Positions 12,951-27,551 of a stretch of DNA of 64,000 nt are shown here, one piece after another (position 1 is the stretch's first letter; each line of letters begins with the position of its first letter). Origin of the DNA: Eledone cirrhosa (Eukaryota); NCBI GenBank assembly GCA_964016885.1, contig OZ024741.1:405604001-405668000 (forward strand), given 5' to 3'. Made by a program: the position numbers and the translations under genes. The notes beneath the pieces were generated by a model. That model made no database searches, was not told the origin of the DNA, and saw only the letters and a list, made by a program, of their open reading frames with translations.

Positions 12951-14258
12951 TATACACTTATATTTTACAAATTATTATAATTAATTTTTTTTAATTAGTT
13001 AACCTATAATAAATATTCTACTACTAAGAACTGCATAATTTTATTTCCCTTTTACAGCTATCTTTTCCTAAAATTTATACCAATAAGTATACATATAAAC
13101 TATTTTAATTTCCTGTTATGAATCTAAATTCTTGTAATCTATATAAGTTTGTTATTTCTCACTAATACATTTATCCCCCCCCCCCCCCAAAAAAAAAATT
13201 TCCTTCGTTTTTAACAACATTCTTTAATAACATCTAACTCTTATTTATCATATCTATATGAATTAATATAAATGTATCCCTATGAATATACCTATCAATT
13301 AAATTAATTTAATTTCTTTTTATAGATCTAAATTCCTTATGTTTTAAATAAGATTGATATTTTTCACTAACACATTTATCGTAAAATTTTATTCTCCTTA
13401 GATTTTAACATTAGCATTATTCTTTAATAACATCAGATTTTCGTGTACCTTTCACCGGCTTGACCTATTTTCATCCCCAAAGTAATCTTTTCATTCAAAA
13501 TACTCTTTCCATTCAAAACTAAGTCTGCATTCCTCTACTCCTAAATTAAGTTTCTACTACTACTATTCTATCAACTTGACCACTTACTACTTTTCTATTG
13601 GTCAATTCAAAACCTGTTCCCAAACAGACCTATTATATTAAATCTTTGTTGTTTTTTTTTCAATAAACAAATATCATTATTTCTGAAGACAGCATATATA
13701 TGTGTAGGTATGTATATTCCCCCTGATAGTTTGTAAAACTTTTACATAGATCTATATGATATACATACCAACACACACATATATCCTAGAAACGATCGTA
13801 AAATGATGAACTTTTTAATATAAAGAACTTGTTCTTTGTTTTTATTCATTATTTTTATTAATTTATTGTCCTCCGCTGTTCGCTGTTTTGAATATTCAAA
13901 ACAACGAACAGCTGAGGAAACGTTTCGCACCTTTCCGACAGACAGCCTCCCCCCCCCCCAACCCCAACCCCCAGTTGATGGATGTGAATCCGAAATATAT
14001 AGGGACAATTAAATCTCTCCCAAGGTAACTCTATTTCGTGTTATTATTTTTATTTTTATCCTTTACGCTCTTTCCTACATTCTTCTACACGCTACAGTCT
14101 TCTACACGCCACACATCTCAACGTACACCCACTTACATCTTTCTCTCCACCACCGGATCTTGTTACCCGGAGATTTATCCATCTGCATTGTCAAGGCTTC
14201 CAAACGACTTAAATAAATTTACCTTATTATTCCACAATGCTTCAAGCAAACTTCAATA

Positions 14259-14303
<45 letters not shown>

Positions 14304-14335
14304 AGATCAAAAGATGGTTAAAGGAGTTCCATGTA

Positions 14336-14401
14336 TTTTATTATGCGCATTTCAAAAACAAACATCATCATGCAATAATATTTGTGTTTTCATCAGATAA
14401 A
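14336..14401 (-). ncRNA. Type I hammerhead ribozyme motif
   Basis: Reverse complement of 15395-15461. Confidence 0.8.
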
Positions 14402-15394
14402 CAGGAGAACATGATATGAAGGCTAAAAAACACTTGTGGATAGTGCAGTTTTAAATCAACATATGAAAAGTGGTTTTAGATTGATGTGTGATATTGGGAA
14501 AAATATTTTATTTAGAGAGGGGGTGGGTGGAAAGGATGAAAAAGGGGAGGAGATGAGAGGGAGAGATGGGTGATAGAGAGAAAGAGATAGTTTTTATAAC
14601 TGAGAGAAGATATATTGTTTTACATAGAGAGGTTGAAAACCGTTGGAAGATAATGTATAAATTAAAAGAATTTGAAAATTAACGAAGGGAAGATATGTAC
14701 GAGGAACAAATATATTTTATTTAGGGAGGGGGGGAGGATGAAAAAAGGGGGAGGAGATGAGAGTGAAGGTGGAGAGGGAGAGATGGGTGATAGAGAGAAA
14801 GAGATAGTTTTTATAACTGAGAAAAAGATATATTGTTTTACATAGAGAGGTTGAGAACCGTTGGAAGATAATGTATAAATTAAAAGAATTTGAAAATTAA
14901 CGAAGGGAATTTATGTATGAAGATAGAGAGAAAAAATAATAATTGTGGATGAATATTCTAACGTCAAAAAAAGTGTATGTTGATAAGTATTGTGGCAATT
15001 TCAAAATTAACGAAGAGAAAAAATTATTAAGGTTTGTGTGTAGAAGGATTTGAGAAAAATAATGTGAAGTTAAAGTTTGTATATTGAAGGAATTGATAAT
15101 ATGAGCGAATAAAGAGTTAATATGTATTAAGAATGAGTTCGTTGATGGGGAGAAAAAAATAATAAATTAAGGATGAAATTGAGATTAAAATGTTTTATGA
15201 TAGAGAGAAAAAATAATAATAATTGCGGATGAATATTCTAACGTCAAAAAAACAAATGTATATGTTATGTATATACATTTGTTATATATTATGTATATAT
15301 TATGTATATATCACACATAAAACCACTTTTCATATGTTGATTTAAAACTGCACTATCCACAAGTGTTTTTTAGCCTTCATATCATGTTCTCCTG

Positions 15395-15461
15395 TTTTAT
15401 CTGATGAAAACACAAATATTATTGCATGATGATGTTTGTTTTTGAAATGCGCATAATAAGA
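15395..15461 (+). ncRNA. Type I hammerhead ribozyme motif (palindromic stem III)
   Basis: TTTTAT-CTGATGA-stem II-GAAA-TGCGCA-TA-ATAAGA. Confidence 0.85.
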
Positions 15462-15584
15462 TACATGGAACTCCTTTAACCATCTTTTGATCTTATATTA
15501 TGTATACTCCAGTCCTACAAACTGTAGAGTGCTTCTTATCCGATATCTGCATTGCTTTATTGTACTACAATAAAACTCACCTCC

Positions 15585-16340
<756 letters not shown>

Positions 16341-16470
16341 TTTTTTTTTTGGGGGGGGGGTTAGTGACTCGGATGAGACGTGTGTTGTATGTTGATTAGG
16401 ATAGTCTAGAGTACACCCTCGGGGGACCTTAAATAGGGGTTATAGGAGGAGAGATAGATAGAGATAGAGA

Positions 16471-16529
<59 letters not shown>

Positions 16530-16626
16530 AAAGTTTAAAATAGTAATTATATGATGAGAGAAAGAGAGTGAGAAGAGAGAGAGAGAGCGAGGTGGGAAGA
16601 GAAAGAGAGAAATGGGAAAAAAGAGA

Positions 16627-16662
<36 letters not shown>

Positions 16663-17045
16663 TGTGGGAAGAGAGAGAGAGAGAGAGAGAGTGTGAGAGA
16701 GAGGGGGGGGGGGAGAAATAGGGAGAAAGAGAGCGAGCAAATGTGATTGTGTGTAGGAGGGAAATAGGACTTGAAATGACAACGTGACAGAGGTGGGGAA
16801 AGTGTAATATAGAGGTGTGCTCTGGAATGGGATTTTTAAAAACTTGCTTCCTTTCAGCTCTTTACTAAACAATGACATCATATTTGCTCCGTTTCCGGTT
16901 ACTTTTTGCTTATATACATATATAGTATTAGCAATTTGAAAGACCAACGGAAACATTTGTTTCCTCGGTTCGATTTGACGAACGTCGATCGACTGTCGAT
17001 ATATATATATGTCAGGGTATGTCAGGGTATGTCATGCATCATCTT

Positions 17046-17110
17046 ATTTTATCTGATGAGGACGTACTGTTGAAGTTAGCTCAGTACCTGTGAAATATGT
17101 ATAATAAAAT
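17046..17110 (+). ncRNA. Type I hammerhead motif in a short PLE-end insertion (about 17010-17250)
   Basis: ATTTTAT-CTGATGA-GTACTG/CAGTAC-GAAA-TATGTA-TA-ATAAAAT; downstream CCAAACTGTTGAGTGCTT. Confidence 0.8.
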
Positions 17111-17272
17111 ATACTTGATCACAAGAAGTTCTATTTTTGTTAATATTTTGAATTAATATTAATAACTCCGGAAAACCAAACTGTTGAGTGCTTCCAATCT
17201 ATTGTAAAACTCATTCTTTGATTTATTCATTGAACCTTGTTTAACCTTTAAAATATATATATATATATATAT

Positions 17273-17692
17273 AACAAAGGAAATGTGGTAAGGAACCAGA
17301 TGGACCATAAAGCAACAAAGTACTCAATACTTAGGGTAGTAGAGTGGGTAATAGGAACAAGTATGACCCTGACGGCAGAGCTCAAGCCGTTTCGACGGCT
17401 AAATCTGGACTAAATAAGAATTTTTAGCCTGGTAAATAAATAGCCGAACTTCTCAGGGGGTAATTCCTTAAATGGAAAGTTCAGCTACCCCTACCTCCCA
17501 CCAAATGCCATGATAGAATCATCTGTCTTTACAACAAATTATTGACCAATCCTTTTGACAATTACTATCTTCCCATATAAGGAATTACCCCCTGAGAAGT
17601 TCGGCTATTTATTTACTAGGCTAAAAATTCTTATTTAGTCCAGATTTAGCCGTCGAAACGACATGAGCTCTGCCGTCGGGGTCATACTTGTT

Positions 17693-17695
<3 letters not shown>
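17273..17695. mobile_element. Two-armed inverted PLE-end insertion, family B
   Basis: 17352-17471 is inverted relative to 17578-17696; the left arm has a tail of about 78 nt; (TA)n flanks. Confidence 0.88.
17587..17682 (+). ncRNA. Hammerhead-like motif, core CTGAGAA
   Basis: ACCCC/GGGGT stem I; CGGCTA/TAGCCG stem II; GAAAC…GTC; non-canonical core. Confidence 0.6.
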
Positions 17696-17746
<51 letters not shown>

Positions 17747-17794
17747 TGTAATAAACAACATAAGGCAATTATTTCATTTACCAGTGGTTTCATT

Positions 17795-17825
<31 letters not shown>

Positions 17826-17829
17826 GTAC

Positions 17830-17866
<37 letters not shown>

Positions 17867-18307
17867 GTATGTATCTTTCATTTACCAGTGGTTTCATTCA
17901 TATATATATATATATATATATATATTTATTTAATTATGTAATAAACAACATAAGACAATTATGAAATAATAAAATAATTATCTTATGTTGTTTATTACAT
18001 AACTAAATAATTCTGTAGCTTACATAGAGCACTCTTCTTTCCTTTACCCTTCCTTCCGAAATACTTCATATATATATTGGACAAGTAAATAACAACAACA
18101 AGGAGTAGAGTTACGAAAGGTATTAGGTATTAGATTCATATATATATATATAAGAGGGGTCGGCGCCCGGCGGCTGAAGTTAACGTCGGGTTCTGATTCA
18201 CTCTGATATAGTTACACTATACTATCCCGAGTATCGAATACTCTGCTGAATAATGGTCTTATGCTCTTACTAGTTATAAAACTTATAAAAGCCTGATACA
18301 CTCCCCT

Positions 18308-18409
<102 letters not shown>

Positions 18410-18931
18410 ATTTCTATAAGAAACAGCAGCGCTAGCTCGATTGAATTTCGTATAAATTCGTTAGTTTCGTGTTTCAACTTCTCCGTTGACGAAACCAGCT
18501 AAACATTTAAAATATCTTGCCTTCATATATTCTCTTCTTTTATTCTACCATATATTCTCTTCTTTTATTCTACCTTATGTGGTATGTAGATTGTGTCAGC
18601 TAATTAATGATATTGTCAACAAACTCGCCATTACTTGACGAGAGAGGGGAAAAAGGATAGTATTTCATATACGGAAAATGAAAAAAATAGAATTTTTTTT
18701 TTAAATGGAGAAATATGACAACATTTGCCACCTTCAACAAATATTCTGTAAATCTTCTCAACTATTTCTACCATAACCACCACCACAAACGATGGCACCA
18801 CCACCACCATCGAGGACGATGACAACACCACCATCACTCTAGAACTGACACCACCATCATCATATATATATATATCTATATATGTTATGTATATATATAT
18901 ATCATATGTACATATATATACATATATATAT

Positions 18932-18986
<55 letters not shown>

Positions 18987-19041
18987 GTACACATATATAT
19001 ATATATACTTAATATATATATATACTTTATATATATATATA

Positions 19042-19076
<35 letters not shown>

Positions 19077-19102
19077 CATATATATAATATATATATACAC
19101 AC

Positions 19103-19166
<64 letters not shown>

Positions 19167-19626
19167 GTATATATATATAATATATATACATATATATAAT
19201 ATTTATATAGATATGTAACCTGCCATTGAACCACATTGGCATATGGTTGGACAATACATGTGTCCCTTAGCGCCTTGTGCGTGTAGGAACACATATCCTA
19301 TTATTACTAAACTCCTCTATGTTGAGAAAAATGTGGTCGTTCTGACTGCTGCTAGTTATAGCAGTAGCCATCTGACCTCTCTGCCTCTGCCTTTATCTTT
19401 ACACTCGGCCCTTGAAAAAATTGATTCCACTTCATTTACTCTCATCTCGGGAACAATTTTGAATAGCGCCAGTTCGTAATTTGAATTCGAGAATTTTATA
19501 TTCTCCGAATGAAAAGAACCTTCTGACGAGATTCTTTCTTTGCGACTCGGTGAAGGTAACCATAGTAAGTACAGTTAATTTTTTAAAATTCATTTTGAAA
19601 CTTTATCTTATTTGCTAAACCTTCAT

Positions 19627-19657
<31 letters not shown>

Positions 19658-19674
19658 CCACGCATACACACGTA

Positions 19675-19716
<42 letters not shown>

Positions 19717-19759
19717 GATATATATATACATAACACATATATATAATATATGTATACAA

Positions 19760-19797
<38 letters not shown>

Positions 19798-19849
19798 CAC
19801 ATATATATATACATATATATATATATACATATGTATATGCATAAATGTT

Positions 19850-19892
<43 letters not shown>

Positions 19893-20042
19893 TATAAAAC
19901 ATATATTCAATCAAATCTGATGGAATATCATTTTCCATTTATCAATTATCAATACAAACTGTACAAGAAAAGTTCTTCAGACAATTGCATTGCTTTGTAA
20001 TATGTTTCATACTGTGAGTATGTAATACACACACACTCATGG

Positions 20043-20099
<57 letters not shown>

Positions 20100-20183
20100 G
20101 AAAAATTGAACAGGGACAGAACAGAGAGGCAGTACGATAAATGTTTATTAAATTCACGCTCAGGAGAGTGGGGGGTAGGTGGA

Positions 20184-20218
20184 GGACGACGTTTCGGGCA
20201 TAAGCCCTTCTTCAGGTG
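20184..20218 (-). ncRNA. Minimal hammerhead motif
   Basis: CTGAAGA-AGGGC TTAT GCCC-GAAA-CG-TC, the minimal form typical of PLE-associated HHRs. Confidence 0.8.
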
Positions 20219-21054
20219 AGAGTTCAAAAGGTGTGTAGGGGAGTGGTGGAGAGACATATAGCGAAAGGAAACGGTGCGAATGAAAAATTAACAAATAAAG
20301 ACAAAAATATAATAAATAATAATAAATAAAAATAAAGCATGATCAAAATACAAGGAATGAGAACATTTAAAAATAAAGGCATGATCAAAATAAACTGAAA
20401 TTAAAAGGGGGGTAAACAGGTGGTGGAAGGGTGTGGGTGAGTAGAGGTGGTGGCGGGTGGAGTGGGGAGAGGGAGACGGGGTGTCCGAGCGGGGAGGGCT
20501 GAAGGTGGTGTGTGTGGTTAGGTGTGCGTGTGTGTGTGTGTGTGTGTGTGTATGTGAAAGTGAGGGTTGGAGGAAGAACGGGGTTGCATGTTCAGGAAGG
20601 TGTGTGTGGGGGGTGTTTTTGTGTGTCGGAGGGTCTGTGCGTGTGTGGATAGGGGGTGGGGGGAGAGGAATCAGGGGGCTGAGGGTGTAAATATGTGGTG
20701 GGAAGCACGTGTGTGTGGTTTAAGCGTGTTGTGGGTGTGGGTGGCGTGTGGATAAAAAAATTGTTTTGGGATGTGTGTGTGGGTGAGTTATATAGGTGAT
20801 GGTGTTAGAGGATGGTTGAAAGTGGTAAGTTACACGGATGTATGGAGATTTTGGTTGGAAGTCAAAACGCGTGTGGGTAATCCAAGAAGCGGTGGTCGGA
20901 AGAGGAGAGATGTGGGGTGCGCGCGCAACAGGAAGTGGTCAGCAGTGGAAGTGCTGTGGTCAGTTGGTGCTGAGACAGTGGTCGGAAGGGCATAGCAGCA
21001 GTCAGCGGAATGGTAGGGAGGCGAGGATGGGTAGGTGTGAGAGTTGGAGTTAGG

Positions 21055-21085
<31 letters not shown>

Positions 21086-21567
21086 ATTAGTAGGGGTGTT
21101 AGTGGGATGAGTGAGTGTGGAGTGGGGAGAGAAGGGGGTGTGTGGTTCTATGGAGGGAGTGTGGTGTACTGGTGTGTGTGTAGTTTGGTGAGGAGGTGTT
21201 AGTGGGTGTTAGTAGACGGGAGGTGGGGAGGGGTGGAATGCAGGTGTGAGTGGGGGTTAGTGGGGGTAGGGTGTGTAGAGTTGGTGGTGTACGAGGGTGT
21301 GTGGGTACGTGTGCGTGGGGTTGGAGGGTGTTAGTGATGTTAGTTGCGTGTGGGGTGGGTGGTGTAAGTGTGTGCGTGTGATACGGAGGGGGGAGGAGGA
21401 GAAGAGGGGAGGGAAGGGATGTTAGTATGTTAGTTGGGGAAGAGTGGTCAGATGAGGGGTGGAGTGGAGTGGAGGTGTTAGTATTGTTAGTGTGGGGTGG
21501 GCGTGAAAAGGAGGGGTGTGTTAGTGGTGTCAGTGGGGGATAAGTGGGGGAGGGGGGCGGTCGAACG

Positions 21568-23400
21568 CTAAAGGAATAAGGGTGGGGAGTTCAGGCCGGG
21601 GGGAGTGTGGGTCTGTAAGATGAAGATAGTACGTTGTTCGACCGTGAGGCGATGGGCGGGTGTTCCGTGGCACTGGAGTAGACCACAGACTGTGAGATGG
21701 CGTGCGGAGTGTCCAGGGCCACCAAAGTGGCGGGCGATGGGGGAACTGCCCCCGAGACGAATGTCCCGGAGGTGCTCCGTGACTCGGTCCGCCAGGCGGC
21801 GTCCCGTCTGTCCGACATAAGTCGCGCTGCACCTCGTGCAACGAAGTCCGTAGACTAGGTTGGAGGAGGTGCAGCGGAAGGCATGCCGGACCGAGAGAGG
21901 GTGGCCGTTGGGACCCTGGAAGGTGGTGGTGTTGGTGATGTGGGGACAGGTGTTGCAGCGGGGCCTAGAACAGGGGAAGGAACCGGGGGGGAGAAACGGA
22001 GCGTCGGTTGGGGGGTAGGGAGCTGTGGACGAGGAGGGTGCGGAGATTGCGTGCGCGTTTGAAGGAGGGGAGTGGTGGGGTTGGGAAGATGTGGGAGGTG
22101 GAGGGGTCGGACTGGAGGTGTCGGAAGAGGCGGCGGATGGTGCAGTGGAGGGGTAAGGTGGAGGGGTGGTAGGTGATGGGGAAGGGGAGACGGTGGGTGG
22201 GTGTGCGGTGGCGTGGGGTGAGGGTGGTGGAGAGGGGGATAGCACGGGCGCGGGTGAGAGCGGTGTGGACGAGAGAGGGGGGGGTAACCTCTGCGGATGA
22301 AATGGCTGACTAGGGAAAGGGCTTGGGACTCGAAGTCAGCATCTCGGCTACAGAGGCGGCGGATCCTGAGAAGTTGGGAGTAGGGAATGGAGAGTTTAGT
22401 GTGGGTGGGGTGGGAAGAGGTGAAGTCGAGGTAAGAGTGGGAGTCGGTGGGTTTGAAGAAGGCGGAGGTGACGAGGGAGTGGTGGGAGGGGTCGAAGGCG
22501 ACGGAGATGTCCAAGAAGTGGACGTGGGTGGTGGAGATAGAGGTGGTGAAGTGGAGGGAGGGGTGGAAGGAGCAGAAGAAGGAGAGAAAGGAGTCGAGCT
22601 GTACTCGGGTGAGGGTCGTGGCTCCGATACAGTCGTCAATGTAACGACCGTACAGTTCGGGCGTGGGGCCGGTGTACTGGGCAAAGATTTGGGCCTCAAC
22701 ATGGCCAACAAAAAGGTTGGCATAGTTCGGGCCCATTCTTGTGCCCATGGCTACCCCCGTGACCTGTTGGTAAAACTCACCCGAGAAGGAGAAACAATTT
22801 AGGGTGAGGACCAGTGGGGGTGGAGGGAATGGGGGAGGGGCGAAGGTCGAGGTAGTGTTTGAGGGCGCGAAGGCCGTCGGCGTGGGGGATGACGGTATAG
22901 AGGGACTTGATGTCTAGGGTGAAGAGGAATGGCTGAGGGCCGGGTAGGTAGGTGAAGGAGTCGAAAAGGCGCAGGGCGTGGTTGGTGTCAGAGATGTGGG
23001 AGGGGAGGGTGGTGACAAGGGGGGCGAGGAGGGAGTCGAGAAAGGCGGAGATGAGTTCGGTGGGGCAGTTGCAAGCGGAGACGATGGGGCGGCCGGGGTT
23101 GTCGGGTTTGTGGAGTTTGGGGAGGAAGTAGATGGTGGGGGTGCGGGGTGTGCGGACGATGAGGTGGGAAGCGGTGGGGGGGGGGGAGGGAGGAGGCGAT
23201 AAGGTCTTTGATGGTGGAGGAGACTTGTTGTTGGTAGAGGGGGGTGGGATCGGAGGGTAGAGGGCGGTAAAAGAGGGGGTTATAGAGCTGCCTGAGGGCT
23301 TCGGCCGTGTAGAGGTCCGCGCGCCATACCACCACGGCGCCTCCCTTGTCCGCCGGTTTGATGACGATGTCATCTCGGCTACGGAGGGAGCGGAGAGCGA
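21568..23400 (-). pseudogene. PLE RT + GIY-YIG, several frameshifts and a short deletion
   Basis: IKPADKGGAVVV; LPKLHK…PGRPIVS; LDIKSLY; MGTRMGPNYANLF; RYIDD; FLDI; CSRPRCNTC; LVYGLRCTRC…YVGQT…EH; GLN. Confidence 0.92.
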
Positions 23401-23410
23401 ATATATATAT

Positions 23411-25248
23411 TGTTATACTTGGGGAGGGTGATATTTGTGTAATATTGCCAGAATTAATAACAGAACACACTCACTGTTTGGTTGGTTTTCGCTTCTCGCT
23501 TCTGTGTCTTTTATATCGGTAATCTAATTTATTCGGTCCTCAATGTTGCCATTGACTGACCAACGGTCAAAAATAATACAGATACAAAATAGACACAAAC
23601 ACATATATATAGTTTATCAAAGTTCTTTCGTTGCACATCTGCAACATCGTCAGTGGTGCTATAGATTCCTCCCGTTGCATTGTATTTCTACGCCATCTTT
23701 ATTTAATCTGTTTATATATTTATTTATTTATTTGTTTGTTTGTTTATTTTATTTTGTCTTCTTTGCGCATGCGTTTGCGTGTGTGTATAGTGTTTTATTT
23801 GATGTGTGTTCGTGATTGGGTGACTGTGTATTGGTTAATGTATTCTATGTTTACTAGTGTGTGTTTATATGTGTTTGTTGTTATTGTGCTTGTGTATGTA
23901 TCTATTTATTTATTTATTTATCTATTTATTTATTTATTTATACTTCTCTTAGGTCAGTGTTGTTTGTTTGGGTGTTGTTGTTATTCCATTCATTCTTTCT
24001 GTTTAGTCTTGGCCTTCTAAGTTCTATTTCACTGGCCTCTCTGATTTGCCTATCTTCTGGGTCATTTCTATGTTTAGATATTATTCTAATTTCTATGTCG
24101 TCTATGTTACCGTCGTGTTGTTGTCTGGCATGTTCGTATAGTACTGACCCGTTTTTTCGTCCTTTTAGTTCCCCCCAGTGTTGGTCTATCCTTTCACCTA
24201 TGCTACGAGCTGTCTCGCCTATGTATGATGTTGTCATGTTTCTGCAAGTACCCTCTGTACATCTTATGCTATAGACTTCCTATTGGAAATGTATCATATG
24301 TAAGGTAAACCCCGGATAAACTGTAAAACTAGAAACGTAGTCTATAGCATAAGATGTACAGAGGGTACTTGCAGAAACATGACAACAACATACATCGGCG
24401 AGACAGCTCGTAGCATAGGTGAAAGGATAGACCAACACTGGGGGAACTAAAAGGACGAAAAAACGGGTCAGTACTATACGAACATGCCAGACAACAACAC
24501 GACGGTAACATAGACAACATAGAAATTAGAATAATATCTAAACATAGAAATGACCCAGAAGATAGGCAAATCAGAGAGGCCAGTGAAATAGAACTTAGAA
24601 GGCCAAGACTAAACAGAAAGAATGAATGGAATAACAACAACACCCAAACAAACAACACTGACCTAAGAGAAGTATAAATAAATAAATAAATAGATAAATA
24701 AATAAATAAATAAATACATACACAAGCACAATAACAACAAACACATATAAACACACACTAGTAAACATAGAATACATTAACCAATACACAGTCACCCAAT
24801 CACGAACACACATCAAATAAAACACTATACACACACGCAAACGCATGCGCAAAGAAGACAAAATAAAATAAACAAACAAACAAATAAATAAATAAATATA
24901 TAAACAGATTAAATAAAGATGGCGTAGAAATACAATGCAACGGGAGGAATCTATAGCACCACTGACGATGTTGCAGATGTGCAACGAAAGAACTTTGATA
25001 AACTATATATATGTGTTTGTGTCTATATTGTATCTGTATTATTTTTGACCGTTGGTCAGTCAATGGCAACATTGAGGACCGAATAAATTAGATTACTGAT
25101 ATAAAAGACACAGAAGCGAAAAGCGAAAACCAACCAAACAGTGAGTGTGTTCTGTTATTAATTCTGGCAATATTACACAAATATGACCCTCCCCAAGTAT
25201 AACAATATTTGTTTTGACACACGATTTCATATAAAAAACCTCGCAAAA

Positions 25249-25252
<4 letters not shown>
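23411..25252. mobile_element. Inverted pair of 3' fragments of the 33454-39102 PLE type
   Basis: 23411-24277 (-) mirrors about 24337-25208 (+); both encode the GIY-YIG C-terminus YIGETARS…LNRKNEW; the right arm has a tail of about 45 nt. Confidence 0.92.
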
Positions 25253-25329
<77 letters not shown>

Positions 25330-25334
<5 letters not shown>

Positions 25335-25435
25335 TGAGAAGAATGTAGTGCTGCGTGGTTGCACATGGGTTACATATGAAAAAAATTACTCCTTCATCGG
25401 TGATTTTCCAACTATCATTGGTATTTCATCGCTTT

Positions 25436-25436
<1 letters not shown>
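25330..25436 (-). mobile_element. Tailed 3' end of the 41362-41992 family
   Basis: Shares AAAGCGATGAAATACCAATGA…GATGAAGG…CATATGT and GCAACCACGCAGCAC. Confidence 0.75.
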
Positions 25437-25530
<94 letters not shown>

Positions 25531-25626
25531 CAGTAAGACGTGTGACTGCATCACAATGTATGTATGTATATATATATACACATGCATACATACATACATA
25601 TATACACACACACACGCACACACACA

Positions 25627-25686
<60 letters not shown>

Positions 25687-25885
25687 ACGAAGGAAATGTG
25701 GTAAGGAACCAGGTGGACCATAACGCACCAAAGTACTCAATACTTGAGGTAGTAGAGTGGGTAATAGGAACCAGTAAGACCCCGACAGCTGAGCTCAAGC
25801 CGTTTCGACGGCTAATTCTGGACTCCGTCCAGAATTAGCCGTCGAAACGGCTTGAGCTCAGCTGTCGGGGTCTTACTGGTTCCTA
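25687..25885. mobile_element. Two-armed inverted insertion, family B
   Basis: Near-perfect fold-back centred at about 25825; long left arm, short right arm ending GTTCCTA. Confidence 0.9.
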
Positions 25886-26052
25886 TATATATATATATAT
25901 ATATATCAAGTACATTTATCGGTTCATATAGCGAGGTAACAGAAATCATGCCACAATATCATTCGATTTTATAATAAATGTAAATATTGTGATGTAGTCA
26001 CAACATTTCTAAGTTCGTACCGACATTTTGACATGTGTATCTTATTGACTGC

Positions 26053-26641
26053 AGATATGTTCACCTGTACAACCCGATAGTCTTAAGATATGTTCACCTG
26101 TACAACCTGATAGTCTTAAGATATGTTCACCTGTACAACCTGATAGTCTTAAGATATGTTCACCTGTACAACCTGATAGTCTTAAGATATGTTCACCTGT
26201 ACAACCTGATAGTTTTAAGATATGTTCACCTGTACAATCTGATAGTCTTAAGATATGTTCACCTGTACAACCTGATAGTTTTAAGATATGTTCACCTGTA
26301 CAATCTGATAGTCTTAAGATATGTTCACCTGTACAACCTGATAGTCTTAAGATATGTTCACCTGTACAACCCGATAGTCTTAAGATATGTTCACCTGTAC
26401 AACCTGATAGTCTTAAGATATGTTCACCTGTACAACCCGATAGTCTTAAGATATGTTCACCTGTACAACCCGATAGTCTTAAGATATGTTCACCTGTACA
26501 ACCTGATAGTTTTAAGATATGTTCACCTGTACAACCCGATAGTCTTAAGATATGTTCACCTGTACAACCCGATAGTCTTAAGATATGTTCACCTGTACAA
26601 CCTGATAGTCTTAAGATATGTTCACCTGTACAACCTGATAG
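26053..26641. repeat. 33-bp minisatellite, about 18 copies
   Basis: Unit AGATATGTTCACCTGTACAACC(T/C)GATAGTCTTA. Confidence 0.97.
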
Positions 26642-27180
26642 TGTGTACATGACATGTTCGTGATATCTTAGAGAAATTAAGTTATCATTAACACATACAC
26701 ACACTAATACATACACACTCACATATACACACAGATACACTTTCACATAGACACACAGACACACACCCACATCAACAAAAATATCTACATACACGCTCAC
26801 ACAAACACTCACATACATAAACGCACACACACACAATTATATATACATATATATATGTGTGGGTATATGTGGGTATATGTATACCCACACATTCACACAC
26901 ACCTCTGTCTACACAGATCCTCAACTCAACATGTAACATTAAGAAAATAACATTATGTAGTTCACTCCCCTTAAATTAGTTTAGCAGAATCAAACATATA
27001 TAATATCCAAGATATACACCTATGGATGGCTGTTGCTGTTGTTATCTAGCTCTGAGGCCTCCAGTGATTCAGCAGAGCTATATATAATATCCAAGATATA
27101 CACCTATGGATGGCTGTTACTCTTGTCGTATGTCACTACGACACCTTTACAACTTCATCAGGAATCACGAGTCTATACAT

Positions 27181-27551
27181 ATGCTCGGGTCTCGAATAAT
27201 GCCTCCCCTCCCACCGCATATTAAATTTTCAGACTCCCACCCCACCCTCCGCTCTTATTCTAGGCCTCGTAATTAAGTTTTGCTAATCTATTTCTGGCGA
27301 AATTTATTTTAAGTGGTATTATTTCTGCGACAATTAATTTTCTTTATACATTAAAAAACATGTATGTCAAAAGTACATTACTAGAAATCCCATATGTTAT
27401 AAAATAAATAGGATAGGTTGGGGTCTCAATATGTAAACTAAACGACTATTTCTGGTTAAAAAAAAAAATCAACTGAGACAACCTAAAGAGTTGCTGATTC
27501 CCCACTCCCGCTTATTCTAACCCCACCCCTATTATTTGGGACCCGAGAGTA
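27181..27551. mobile_element. MITE with imperfect TIRs
   Basis: CTCGGGTCTCGAATAA … TTATTTGGGACCCGAGAGTA. Confidence 0.5.

Larger units (their letters stand above)
20097..23400 (-). mobile_element. GC-rich Penelope-like element (Neptune-type), 5'-truncated
   Basis: RT and GIY-YIG coding region, 1.45-kb 3' UTR, minimal HHR, AATAAA; TA repeats at both ends. Confidence 0.92.

Noticed and set aside
13678-14005. Three further HHR-like fragments (CTGAAGA at 13683, GAAACG near 13925, ATCC-GAAA-TATA-TA near 13990)
   Set aside because: Cores incomplete; probably decayed PLE ends, not supportable individually
19300-19563. Possible Tc1/mariner transposase N-terminus on the minus strand
   Set aside because: Only vague resemblance, interrupted by stops, no TIR found
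21085-21535. Telomeric repeat tract
   Set aside because: The motifs are GTTAGT, not tandem TTAGGG
26053-26641. CRISPR array or repeat protein
   Set aside because: Contiguous 33-bp units with no spacers; the ORFs on both strands follow from the unit length being a multiple of 3
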